Virus record (IMG/VR): IMGVR_UViG_3300031519_006853
Span: 117,664 to 181,663 of that record
Direction: 5' to 3' (one strand)
Source: a virus
Length of the DNA stretch: 64,000 nucleotides
The notes under the pieces were generated by a model, which did no database searches, was not told the origin of the DNA, and saw nothing but the letters and a program-made list of their open reading frames with translations. The translations under genes and the position numbers were made by a program. Of this stretch, positions 49,212 through 58,321 are shown piece after piece (position 1 is the stretch's first letter; each line of letters starts with the position of its first letter).

Positions 49212-50184
49212 ATTATCGGAAGCAGAAAAAATACAAATAAAGGCAAGTACTCCTCAGGTTGTTGGTGGTGTAAGGACTAATATATCTTTAACAAAAACTG
49301 AAAAAGAATATTACCAAAGATTTGTTAATCTTTCTGTTAATGAACAACCACTACCACAAGGTGATGGTATGATTAGAATATCACCGTTTGATGATTATTA
49401 TCTTTTTACATTATATGATGAAGTAGATAATGAAGATACTCCAATTGACTTAAGTAATGTAGGAAGTCTTTATTTAAACTTTATCGGCAGCAGTGATGAT
49501 ATTGATATATTGAATCATACACAAGTTGACGAGGTAGATTTGGCACAAGGACAAGTGTTATTTAGAATTACAAGATCAGATAGTAAAAAGATATTAGCGT
49601 TGGATAATAATAATTTTTATGTCTCTACTAAAATGGTTGATCCTGCTGATGGCTCTACTTCAGACGAATCGGTATTATACCAAGGAATTTGGTTGGCTGT
49701 AGACGATGCAAATAGAGCAACACTAACTTCTCAAATTGAAGAAACTAGAATAGAATATAGTATAGAACTTGCTAGATTAAAAGCAGAGAATGAATCTCTT
49801 AAGGTTGATAATGCAGAGTTGATAACATCAGAGTCAGAAGATAATGCAACTATTATAAGATTACAAAACAGTAATGATGAATTAACGAATGAATTGGCTG
49901 AGTTATCTAGAGATTTAAAGTCTTCAAAAATAGAATCAATAAATCGCCGTGCTAAAGCAGCACAAAAATATGCAGAATTACAAAAATTAAACAAACAGCA
50001 AACAAGAGCTCTTGTTGCAGCCGCAAGACAATCTAAAACTAGAAGTAAAAAAGTTGCCTTTTATAAAAATGCAGCTAAGAATTTACAAAATTATACAGTT
50101 GGGAGAAACCAAGTAACAGAAAATGTAGAGCGTCTACGAGATAGATTTGACATACTTAAAAGGATTAGACGTGGAAGAAGATAA
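49192..50184 (+). CDS. hypothetical protein with C-terminal coiled coil and basic tail
   Basis: 330 aa with a long heptad region and an Arg/Lys-rich end. Confidence 0.6.
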   Translation: MAATKNKLSEAEKIQIKASTPQVVGGVRTNISLTKTEKEYYQRFVNLSVNEQPLPQGDGMIRISPFDDYYLFTLYDEVDNEDTPIDLSNVGSLYLNFIGSSDDIDILNHTQVDEVDLAQGQVLFRITRSDSKKILALDNNNFYVSTKMVDPADGSTSDESVLYQGIWLAVDDANRATLTSQIEETRIEYSIELARLKAENESLKVDNAELITSESEDNATIIRLQNSNDELTNELAELSRDLKSSKIESINRRAKAAQKYAELQKLNKQQTRALVAAARQSKTRSKKVAFYKNAAKNLQNYTVGRNQVTENVERLRDRFDILKRIRRGRR

Positions 50185-50197
50185 AATAATATAACCT

Positions 50198-50752
50198 ATG
50201 ATATTAAGTGCAAGAAATAATCAATTCAAGTTTGATTTTCCAAGGAACTTTATTCCTAAGCCAATTATCGAGAAATATAAACCATTTCTTAACAGGATAC
50301 CTGGTGGGTTAATTAAAGAACCTATTGATTATTGGAATTATGGAATACAATCATTAAATTTACCAGGGCCTTCTTTTGATCCTGTAACACAGACAGACTA
50401 TCCTGGTAATACTCGTGCATTTAGATCAAGCATACCAAAGCAGCAATTATTTGATAAATCAATGACTGTTACTATGCAAGCCTTTGATGGTTATGTTAAT
50501 TATTGGATGGCCATTGAAATGTTTGATTATTATTATAAGCTAAGTGGCAAGCATCCTTATTTGCCTGAGGGTGTTGGTGTGCAAATGTTGGATGCTGACG
50601 GTACTGTATTTGTTACCGTTCAGTTAAAGGATATGTTTATTTCTAATATAGGCGCATTAGATTTAAATTTTTCAAGTAATACTATTGAATTTCAAACTTT
50701 TGATATTGAATTTAGTTATAATGTCTTAGATGTTGTGGTTAACATAGCCTAA
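50198..50752 (+). CDS. tail tube protein (T4 gp19-like)
   Basis: LNLPG.S, MTVT......NYW, QMLD.DG, LKDMF...IG.LDL and F.TFDIEFSY fit the gp19 tube fold. Confidence 0.75.
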   Translation: MILSARNNQFKFDFPRNFIPKPIIEKYKPFLNRIPGGLIKEPIDYWNYGIQSLNLPGPSFDPVTQTDYPGNTRAFRSSIPKQQLFDKSMTVTMQAFDGYVNYWMAIEMFDYYYKLSGKHPYLPEGVGVQMLDADGTVFVTVQLKDMFISNIGALDLNFSSNTIEFQTFDIEFSYNVLDVVVNIA

Positions 50753-50776
50753 TATATAAACAAATAAAGAACTCAA

Positions 50777-51133
50777 ATGAAAACCTTTAAAGATTATCTT
50801 ACTGAAAATAATGCCTCATTAATTGATATACAAAGTATATTAAATGAATCTCATGAATTAACAGAAGAACAAGATGCTGCAATAGATTTTGCAGTAGAAA
50901 GAATTCTTGAAGCTCAGAAAGAAGGTAAAAATCTAGAAGACTGTGTTGAAGAAATAATCAATGAAGGTTTACTAGGAAGTATTTTTGGTGGTTTAACTGG
51001 TTTTGCTTTAGGAAAAACTATAGGTAAGGCTGTTGCTAAAGTATTAGGTGTTACTAAAGGTGTTCTTTATGATTTATTAACCTCACGTCTTGTAGGTGCT
51101 GCACTAGGTGCTGTTATCGGCAAGAGAATATAA
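50777..51133 (+). CDS. CTS-tagged glycine-zipper membrane protein, putative internal/ejected protein
   Basis: N-terminus MKTFKDYLTE. The C-terminal half is hydrophobic with GxxxG repeats (GLLGSIFGGLTGFALG...VGAALGAVIG). Confidence 0.55.
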   Translation: MKTFKDYLTENNASLIDIQSILNESHELTEEQDAAIDFAVERILEAQKEGKNLEDCVEEIINEGLLGSIFGGLTGFALGKTIGKAVAKVLGVTKGVLYDLLTSRLVGAALGAVIGKRI

Positions 51134-51138
51134 TTAGA

Positions 51139-51798
51139 ATGATTCATATAGGAATTGACTTTTCATTAAATAGCCCTGGTGCCTGTGTTGAAACGGACAA
51201 TGGCAAATATCACTTTATAACTTTTTTTAATTACGGAAATCGTATATGGGATGAAGAAGGTAGAAAAATACCTAAATCATTTGGTGTGCATAAAGAATTA
51301 ATGGACGACTCTGCTTTATTAGGATTTCCTTACAATAGAGATGTAACTAGTAAAGAATTTTTACCTAGAGAGAGACAAAAGCTACAAGATGCTGGAAATA
51401 TAAGTTCTCTTATGGTTAATATATTTTCTACACTATTTGAAGGAGATGAAGTTTCTGTTGCATTAGAAGGATTTTCATATGGCTCTAAAGGTAATTCATT
51501 TATAGATATAATTCAGTATAATACATTTTTAAGAAAGGAACTAATAGATAAGTACACTATTGAAAATTTATCTGTCTTTCAACCATCTCATGTTAAAAAA
51601 TTAGCTGGTAAAGGAAATGCAAACAAACATTATATGGCTAAAGCATTTCAAGATGATGTCCTTAATGATAAGAACTTAAGAATGACTAAACTTTGGAAAT
51701 GGTGCCAAGGAAAAGACTTCAGCATTAAAATTCCTAAACCTATTGATGACATAGTTGATGCCTACTTTATACTTAAAGCATTAAAGGCTAACAACTAG
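51139..51798 (+). CDS. RuvC-like Holliday junction resolvase (RNase H fold)
   Basis: IGIDFSLNSPG, VALEGFSYG, PSHVKKLAG.GNANK and DDIVDAY catalytic acidic motifs. Confidence 0.8.
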   Translation: MIHIGIDFSLNSPGACVETDNGKYHFITFFNYGNRIWDEEGRKIPKSFGVHKELMDDSALLGFPYNRDVTSKEFLPRERQKLQDAGNISSLMVNIFSTLFEGDEVSVALEGFSYGSKGNSFIDIIQYNTFLRKELIDKYTIENLSVFQPSHVKKLAGKGNANKHYMAKAFQDDVLNDKNLRMTKLWKWCQGKDFSIKIPKPIDDIVDAYFILKALKANN

Positions 51799-51826
51799 AT
51801 ACTTTTCCTACTCTGAATAGTTAAAA

Positions 51827-51857
51827 ATTATATTGCAACATGTGGAGTTTGTTTCAG
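51827..51857 (-). promoter_or_regulatory. Leftward GAAACAA-N16-TATAAT motif (antisense to the RuvC-like gene); left arm of a 12-bp inverted repeat flanking groES
   Basis: The - strand reads CTGAAACAAACTCCACATGTTGCAATATAAT. AGTTTGTTTCAG (51846-51857) is the exact reverse complement of CTGAAACAAACT (52165-52176). Confidence 0.45.
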
Positions 51858-51883
51858 CTTTACTCAAAAAAAATTAAAATAAA

Positions 51884-52168
51884 ATGATAAAACCTTTAGG
51901 AAATAGAATATTTTTAAAAAAAGATGTACAACCAGATAGAAAAGGTAATATAATTTTATTAAAACAAGATGGCATGTATGCACCTCCATACTCCGGAACA
52001 ATCATCGGTGTTGGTAGTGGTGTTAAAGATAAAGAATTTATAATTGGAGAAAAGGTTCTTTTTCATGATTTAGCTGGTACAGAAATTAAATATGATGGAG
52101 AAACTATATTTAGTCTAAGAGAAAATGATATAACTGCAATAATAGATAAAAATATAAAAATAGTCTGA
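51884..52168 (+). CDS. groES: GroES/Cpn10 co-chaperonin
   Basis: MIKPLGNRIFLK, G.IIGVG.GV, IGEKVLF and GTEIKYDG......RENDI.AII. Confidence 0.9.
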   Translation: MIKPLGNRIFLKKDVQPDRKGNIILLKQDGMYAPPYSGTIIGVGSGVKDKEFIIGEKVLFHDLAGTEIKYDGETIFSLRENDITAIIDKNIKIV

Positions 52169-52341
52169 AACAAACTGACTTAGTGAATATATAATAAACA
52201 AAGGAATCAATAAAGTATTGGTACTTTTTAAAAGGCGATAACAAGGCGAAGTAAATAGGCAATAAAAAAGAAGTTTAGGCACGAAGGCTTGTTATCATAA
52301 ATTAATAATAATAATAACAAAAACAAAAAAAGGCAATTAAC
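52168..52341 (+). promoter_or_regulatory. Promoter and structured 5' leader of the SSB gene
   Basis: AAACAA-N16-TATAAT overlapping AATATATAA, hairpin AAAGTA/TACTTT (52212-52227), 9-bp stem GATAACAAG (52237-52245) / CTTGTTATC (52288-52296), six AGGC motifs, then an A/U-rich tract to the ATG at 52342. Confidence 0.55.
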
Positions 52342-53265
52342 ATGGCAAATGAATTCGACATTTTTAACGTAAGTGTAAAAGATTTAGACACTGGTGAAAG
52401 ACCATCTACCGCAGGTAGTGATCTTTATTCACCTAAACCAGATCAAGGACAGGACGGAACTTACCGTTCTTTAATTAGGTTTCTACCTAATGCTAAAAAC
52501 CCAAGAAAACCATTTGAAAGAAAGTATGTCTACTGGTTAGAAGACAGAGAAGGGAACGGCTTTTTCGCTGATTCACCATCAACAGTTGGAGAAAAAGATC
52601 CTATACAGGATATGTTTTTCAAACTAAGAAACTCTGAATCTGCTGTAGACAAAAAGATGTCAGAAGGTTTAAAGCGTAGAGAAGTATTTTATGCATTGGT
52701 ACAAATCATGAAAGATCCTCAGAATAGGGATTTAGAAGGACAAGTTAAAATCATGAAGTTTGGTTATAAAATCAAAACTAAAATTGATGAAGAACTCAAT
52801 CCTCAATTTGATGAACCTACTCAAGTATTTGATCCATTTGAAGGAAAGAATTTTGAATTGGTAATTTCAAAGAAAGGTGGCTTTCCTAATTATGATTCAA
52901 GTAAATTCCACGGAAATAAATCTCCAATGACAATTAATGGTGAAGCAGTATCTAACGATGATGCAAGCCGTAAATCAATATTGGATTTACTAAAGGATGC
53001 TCCAGATTTAACAACATGGGGTTATAAAGCATGGGACGATGTAGTAAGAGGAAAGGTAATGAATGTATTATCTCAATTCCATTCTCCAGGCGATTCAATA
53101 CAAAATATCACAAGATCAAAACCAGCACCAGTAAATACTCAAGTTACTGAAGCTGCTGCAACTAAAGTAACAACTGAAACAAAGGCAACTCCAAAGGCTG
53201 AACCTGCAAAAGGTGAAGAAAAGGCTGATGACTTTGATGATTTCATTAATGGTTTAGATCTTTAA
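52342..53265 (+). CDS. gp32: single-stranded DNA-binding protein (T4 gp32-like)
   Basis: IRFLP, VKIMKFGYKIKTKI, FDPFEG.NF.L...K.G..PNYD.SKF and an acidic C-terminal tail (DDFDDFINGLDL). Confidence 0.9.
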   Translation: MANEFDIFNVSVKDLDTGERPSTAGSDLYSPKPDQGQDGTYRSLIRFLPNAKNPRKPFERKYVYWLEDREGNGFFADSPSTVGEKDPIQDMFFKLRNSESAVDKKMSEGLKRREVFYALVQIMKDPQNRDLEGQVKIMKFGYKIKTKIDEELNPQFDEPTQVFDPFEGKNFELVISKKGGFPNYDSSKFHGNKSPMTINGEAVSNDDASRKSILDLLKDAPDLTTWGYKAWDDVVRGKVMNVLSQFHSPGDSIQNITRSKPAPVNTQVTEAAATKVTTETKATPKAEPAKGEEKADDFDDFINGLDL

Positions 53266-53270
53266 TAAGT

Positions 53271-54344
53271 ATGGCAACGGAAGTAATAATATCTTCTGAA
53301 ATGAAAGCTCGGATCATTGATAAGGTGGTCCGAGTTCTTCATACTAACCATACTCATACAGAGAAAAGAAGAATACTGGAGAGTAAGGGTAGGTTAAACT
53401 TTGCGTGTCCTTATTGTGGAGATTCAACTGATAATCTTAGAAAGAAGAGAGGTAACTTATATTGGAATGATTTATATTTTCATTGTTATAATTGTTCAGC
53501 TCATGCATCATTAGATGTTTTCTTGGCTGAGCATAACCAAAACTTTGAGGGTGATGATAGAGTTGATGTAATTAATTATATTAAAGAAAACCGTAAACAT
53601 TTCTCATTAGGTGAAAGTTTAGATTTTTATCTTTTTGATAAAGCCAAAGAACTAGCATTAACTTTTGATGAATTAGCATTAGGCTTTAATGTATACCCAA
53701 TTAATACTTTAACATATCAAGCATATCCATATTTAAAAAGTAGATTATTACATCATAAAACTGAACGATTTGGTTTTGATCCAAGACGTAGAGAATTATA
53801 TGTTTTTAATTTAACACCCGAAGGTAAAATAATAGGATTCCAAACCAGAGACTTAGGTGGGAGTGGTGGTCCTAAATATAAAACATGGAACATAGAAAGA
53901 ATATATGATAGATTAAAATTACCAATAAAGGTTGCTGAAGAAGAGCTAGATAACCTAAACAAAATATCAATGTTGTTTGGTATCTTAACTGTTGATATGT
54001 CAAGAGACTTTTCTATATTTGAAGGTCCTATAGATGCTATGTTTATGAATAACACAATAGGATTAACTGGTGTTAAAAAACAAATAATAGAATTTAATGA
54101 AATACCTACAGCAAGATATTTCTTTGATAATGATATGGAAGGTAAAACTAGAATGATTGAAAAATTAAAAGGTGGCCAAACTGTATTTATGTGGGATAAG
54201 TTTTTAAAAGACTTTGATATTCCATCAAGAAAAGTAAAAGATTTAAATGATTTAGTAAAATGGGAGTATACTAATCGATCTGGGTGTTTGAGTGACTTAG
54301 ATAAATATTTTACAAATAACTCGTTAGATATTATTTTTATATGA
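53271..54344 (+). CDS. DNA primase (T4 gp61-like)
   Basis: N-terminal Zn finger CPYCGDS...FHCYNC, plus TOPRIM motifs IFEGPIDAMF, FFDND and KDLND. Confidence 0.9.
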   Translation: MATEVIISSEMKARIIDKVVRVLHTNHTHTEKRRILESKGRLNFACPYCGDSTDNLRKKRGNLYWNDLYFHCYNCSAHASLDVFLAEHNQNFEGDDRVDVINYIKENRKHFSLGESLDFYLFDKAKELALTFDELALGFNVYPINTLTYQAYPYLKSRLLHHKTERFGFDPRRRELYVFNLTPEGKIIGFQTRDLGGSGGPKYKTWNIERIYDRLKLPIKVAEEELDNLNKISMLFGILTVDMSRDFSIFEGPIDAMFMNNTIGLTGVKKQIIEFNEIPTARYFFDNDMEGKTRMIEKLKGGQTVFMWDKFLKDFDIPSRKVKDLNDLVKWEYTNRSGCLSDLDKYFTNNSLDIIFI

Positions 54345-54562
54345 TGAGTTTTAAAAATTATAGCAATTTCGTGAGTGAAGAGGAAGATAACTTTTATGAT
54401 GATTTAGAAACAAGTAAAAAAAGACTTAAGTTTTTTGCTACATTTAATAAATCTGAATTAAACCAAGTAAAGACTAGTTTTTCTATACCAGCTCCAAAAA
54501 AGAGGTTTCAGCCTAAAGTAAAGGGTTTTAAAAAGATTAATAATGATAAAGGTATATTTTAA
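54341..54562 (+). CDS. small hypothetical protein with CTS-like N-terminus
   Basis: 73 aa starting MMSFKNYSNFVSE|E. Confidence 0.6.
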   Translation: MMSFKNYSNFVSEEEDNFYDDLETSKKRLKFFATFNKSELNQVKTSFSIPAPKKRFQPKVKGFKKINNDKGIF

Positions 54563-55011
54563 TGGAGTATAACGATTCCGCTACTGGTGATGCTAATGAA
54601 GAATTAGCTGTTAGATTAGCAAAAGATAGAAATGATTGGAAAGTAAAGATAAGTCATTTAATTAGTTTACTAAAAGAAGTCCGTAATTTATCGGAGTGTC
54701 AAGTAAATATGCTATCATATAGACAAATCTTATTAGATAAGATTACTGATTTTAAAACAACAAAACATAAAAGGCAAGCTGCATATGATAGGTATTATAA
54801 AATTAAGTATAGAGAGTATTCTGTAGAGTATGATATTAAATTAACAAGCGGTGAAAAAGTTGCTTTCATTAAAGCTGACTTGTCTCATTTAAGAGCACAA
54901 ATGGAAATGCTGCAATCTCATATGGATTATTATCAAGAATGCATTAAGACTTGTGATAACTTAGCGTTTGCAATAAGAAATAGGATTAACCTAGACGATA
55001 AAGAATACTAA
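54562..55011 (+). CDS. uvsY: recombination mediator UvsY-like
   Basis: 149-aa helical protein immediately upstream of UvsW. EK.AFI.AD...L...IKTCDNLAFAIRN.I matches the UvsY ending. Confidence 0.65.
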   Translation: MEYNDSATGDANEELAVRLAKDRNDWKVKISHLISLLKEVRNLSECQVNMLSYRQILLDKITDFKTTKHKRQAAYDRYYKIKYREYSVEYDIKLTSGEKVAFIKADLSHLRAQMEMLQSHMDYYQECIKTCDNLAFAIRNRINLDDKEY

Positions 55012-56516
55012 TGGAATTATCACTATCCGAAAATAAAAAGTTTTTAGTTATAGATGCATGTACTGAATTAGAGTATGAGCAGCTAAAGAGTAGTTTGACT
55101 AAAAAAATTGAAGGATGGAGATTTCACCCACTAGTTAAAAAGAAAGTATGGGATGGTAATGTATCTTTTGTAAAAAGAAATAAAATCCCTGCAGGACTAT
55201 GGAAAGAAATTTTAGATATATGTAAAGATTATGATTTCCCAGTTACTCTAAATAATATAACTGATATATTTGATACTGAAATTAAAGAAGATAAATTTAG
55301 AGAATGGGTTACTGAAATTTTTAAAAAACAACCAGATTTTAAACCTAGGGAATATCAAATAGATGCAGCATTTAAAATATTAAAGTATAGAAGATGTTTA
55401 GCCGAATTAGCAACATCAGCCGGTAAAACTTTAATATCATTTATGGTGGTTGCTTATCTTATGGATAAATTAAATAAGAAAAAAATCTTAATGATTGTAC
55501 CTAATGTAAATCTAGTCTTACAAGCAACCGGTGATTTTGATGAGTATAATAAATGTGGAGTTCCATTAAAGACTCAGCAAATATATGCAGGGGTAAAAAT
55601 AAGAAAGAGTTCTAATTTAGTTATAGGTACATACCAATCCTTAGTTAAAAAGGATGAAGAATACTTCAGTCAATTTGATGCTGTTTTTGTAGATGAAACT
55701 CATAAAGCAAAAGCTAATTCAATACAAAAAATTATGGATAAATGTTGGCATTGTGATTTTAGGTTTGGTTTAAGTGGAACTATTCCTAAAAAAGGAACTG
55801 TTAATAGATTAAGCTTAATGTCTGCAATGGGACCTTTGGTTACTCAAGTAAAGGCTAGTCAATTACAACAAGAAGGTTTTATAGCTAGCTGTAAGGTTAT
55901 GCAACTCCACATGGATTATGCAACCGATGCTCAAAAAGAATCATTTTCTTTTTTATCCAAAAACCCACAAGATAGACAAAGGTTATTTGGATTAGAGCAA
56001 AACTTTATAAACCAAAGCGAAAAGAGATTAGACTTTGTTTGCCAAGTAATTAAAAAGTCTACATCAAATTCATTAGTACTATTTCATAAAATAGCATACG
56101 GTGAAAAGATCTATAATAAACTAAGACACATAACAGATAAAAAGGTATATTATGTGGATGGTTCAGTTAATGTAGATATAAGAGAAGAATTTAAAAGCCG
56201 AATGGAAAAGAATGATGATGTTATTATTGTAGCATCTTATGGTACTTTTTCAACTGGTATTTCAATTAAAAATATACATAATATCTTTTTTACCGAAAGT
56301 TTTAAATCTGAAGTAATTATCAGACAAAGTATTGGTAGGGGATTAAGAAAGCATGTATCAAAGGATGTTGTAAAAATCTATGATTTTATAGATGATTTTA
56401 GATATAAAACCGAAGACCATGATTGGGTTAATTATATCTACCGCCACGGTATTGCACGGCGAACAATATATAAAGAAGAAAAGTTTCCATTCGAAGTTCA
56501 GAACATAAGATTCTAA
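55011..56516 (+). CDS. uvsW: SF2 DNA helicase UvsW
   Basis: PREYQ, ELATSAGKT (Walker A), VDETH (Walker B), GLSGT, SYGTFSTGISIKNIHN and QSIGRGLR. Confidence 0.93.
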   Translation: MELSLSENKKFLVIDACTELEYEQLKSSLTKKIEGWRFHPLVKKKVWDGNVSFVKRNKIPAGLWKEILDICKDYDFPVTLNNITDIFDTEIKEDKFREWVTEIFKKQPDFKPREYQIDAAFKILKYRRCLAELATSAGKTLISFMVVAYLMDKLNKKKILMIVPNVNLVLQATGDFDEYNKCGVPLKTQQIYAGVKIRKSSNLVIGTYQSLVKKDEEYFSQFDAVFVDETHKAKANSIQKIMDKCWHCDFRFGLSGTIPKKGTVNRLSLMSAMGPLVTQVKASQLQQEGFIASCKVMQLHMDYATDAQKESFSFLSKNPQDRQRLFGLEQNFINQSEKRLDFVCQVIKKSTSNSLVLFHKIAYGEKIYNKLRHITDKKVYYVDGSVNVDIREEFKSRMEKNDDVIIVASYGTFSTGISIKNIHNIFFTESFKSEVIIRQSIGRGLRKHVSKDVVKIYDFIDDFRYKTEDHDWVNYIYRHGIARRTIYKEEKFPFEVQNIRF

Positions 56517-56571
56517 TATAGAATATCTTTTCATTAAGACATGGATATATAAAAAAAATAAAATAACTAAA

Positions 56572-58305
56572 ATGAAGTCAATCAAAAAGTTTTCTGCGAT
56601 GTCTGCTAAAGATCAACCGATCACAGAGTCAGCAAAAGTAACAAAAGAAGCTGTTGATGAATTGATCAAAAAGATTGGTTTTGACAGTATAGAAGAGTTA
56701 AAAAAGGAGAAGGATCTTCTTGCAAAACTCGAAGCAATGTCTAAGACATTTGCAAAAAGTAATGATATATCTGAGGATGAAATCGAAGAAGATAGAGCTG
56801 AAGATATCGAAGATGAAATGAAAGTCAAAGGCAAAGCTAAATCTTTAGAAGATTCCGAAGATAAAGGCAGTGATGAAGAAGTAGTTGCTGATGTTGAAGA
56901 AATAGAAGAACTATCTGGAAAGGCTAAAGAAATAGAAGATGAGGTTAATACTATCGGTGCTACTAAATCTTTAGAAGATAAAGAAGGTGAAGAAGTTTCT
57001 GATGATCAAGAAATTACTAAAGAAGTTCCAGCTGAAGCTGATGAAGTTAAAGATGAGGATGGCGTGGATGTTGCTTCTGAAGAAAAAGAAACTCCTAAAG
57101 CTACAAGAAGAATTATGGCTTTTGAAGATTTCATTAAAGAAAAAGAAGAAACTATTAATAAAAACATTTCTTATCATGATGATGATGAAGAGCCAGAAGA
57201 TTATGCTGTTCCTGTAGCAGCCTCTGCTGATCCTCTTGCTGAAGGTGCTGAAGCTAAAGGTAAAGAAGATGAGAAAGAAGGTGATGAGTTAGAAGATAAA
57301 GGAGATAAGAAAGTTGATTCTGAAGATGATAAAGAAAAAGCAGACCATTATAAAGGAGCTGTTAAATCTGATGATAAACAAATTGATGCTTTAAAGAAAG
57401 ATGCTAAGTTTGATAAAGAAGAAGAGGAAGATGCTGAAAAGAATGAATCTACTATAATGGATTTTGCAAGTTTTGTAAATGAAGCTTATGACAAAGTTGT
57501 ATTCGGTGGAAACAAAGGAGATAAGTCTAAAACTAAAGAAGATGAAGAAGACTTTGAAGATGAAGATAAAACTGACGAAAAGTTTGATGATGTAGTTCTT
57601 GGAGGTAATAAAGGCGATAAGTCTAAAACTAAAGAAGGAGAAGAAGATTACGAAGATGAAGATAAAAAGGATGAAGCATATGATGTAGTAACTTTAGGTG
57701 GTAATAAAGGCGATAAGTCTAAAACCAAAAAAGGTGAAGAAGATTATGAAGATGATAAAGATGAATCAGTAGATGAAACTGTTGGTCAAGTAATAACTAA
57801 AGTTGAAGGTGATGAAATTGCTGATGAAGTAGCAGGTGATGACGGTATAGCTATTCCTGCAATGAAAGGTGATGGTTCTGAAACTGCTGCTGGGATTGCT
57901 GGTGATATAATGGATAAAGGTAAAGTTAAAAACTTATCTACATTGTCTGGTAAATTAGTTACACCAGATCAAAAGGTTACTGAAGTAATTCCTGATTCTG
58001 CAAACGATGTATCTGAAGATGGTATTGAAATTCCACTAGTTAAAGAAGAGGAAGAAGTATTAGCTGATGATTCTATTGCAGAAAAATTCAGAAAAATTGC
58101 TACCAATAAATTAGGTAAAGTAAATGAAGCAGATATTACTTCTGATGATCAGTTTAAAGAATATGCAATGAAAATGTTAAAAGATGCATTCGGTGCTGAT
58201 TTTGATGAAGCTAAAGCTACTGAAACTGCTGATGGTTTAATTTCTAAGTATGATGGAGATTACGGTGCAATGGTTGGAGCTTTACAGTCTACTATGGGAT
58301 CATAA
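56572..58305 (+). CDS. highly acidic low-complexity protein with internal repeats; putative prohead core/scaffold or internal protein
   Basis: 577 aa, D/E/K-rich, with internal CTS-like segments RIMAFEDFIKE and IMDFASFVNE|A. Preceded by GATATATAA. Confidence 0.55.
   Translation: MKSIKKFSAMSAKDQPITESAKVTKEAVDELIKKIGFDSIEELKKEKDLLAKLEAMSKTFAKSNDISEDEIEEDRAEDIEDEMKVKGKAKSLEDSEDKGSDEEVVADVEEIEELSGKAKEIEDEVNTIGATKSLEDKEGEEVSDDQEITKEVPAEADEVKDEDGVDVASEEKETPKATRRIMAFEDFIKEKEETINKNISYHDDDEEPEDYAVPVAASADPLAEGAEAKGKEDEKEGDELEDKGDKKVDSEDDKEKADHYKGAVKSDDKQIDALKKDAKFDKEEEEDAEKNESTIMDFASFVNEAYDKVVFGGNKGDKSKTKEDEEDFEDEDKTDEKFDDVVLGGNKGDKSKTKEGEEDYEDEDKKDEAYDVVTLGGNKGDKSKTKKGEEDYEDDKDESVDETVGQVITKVEGDEIADEVAGDDGIAIPAMKGDGSETAAGIAGDIMDKGKVKNLSTLSGKLVTPDQKVTEVIPDSANDVSEDGIEIPLVKEEEEVLADDSIAEKFRKIATNKLGKVNEADITSDDQFKEYAMKMLKDAFGADFDEAKATETADGLISKYDGDYGAMVGALQSTMGS
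57481..57768 (+). repeat. Three tandem 96-bp (32-aa) repeats
   Basis: EAYDKVVFGGNKGDKSKTKEDEEDFEDEDKTD / EKFDDVVLGGNKGDKSKTKEGEEDYEDEDKKD / EAYDVVTLGGNKGDKSKTKKGEEDYEDDKDES start at 57481, 57577 and 57673. Confidence 0.9.
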
Positions 58306-58321
58306 CAAAAACATAAACTAA

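Noticed and set aside
57481-57768. 96-bp periodic repeats as a possible CRISPR or mini-array
   Set aside because: They are in frame within a CDS, with synonymous divergence that preserves the peptide.
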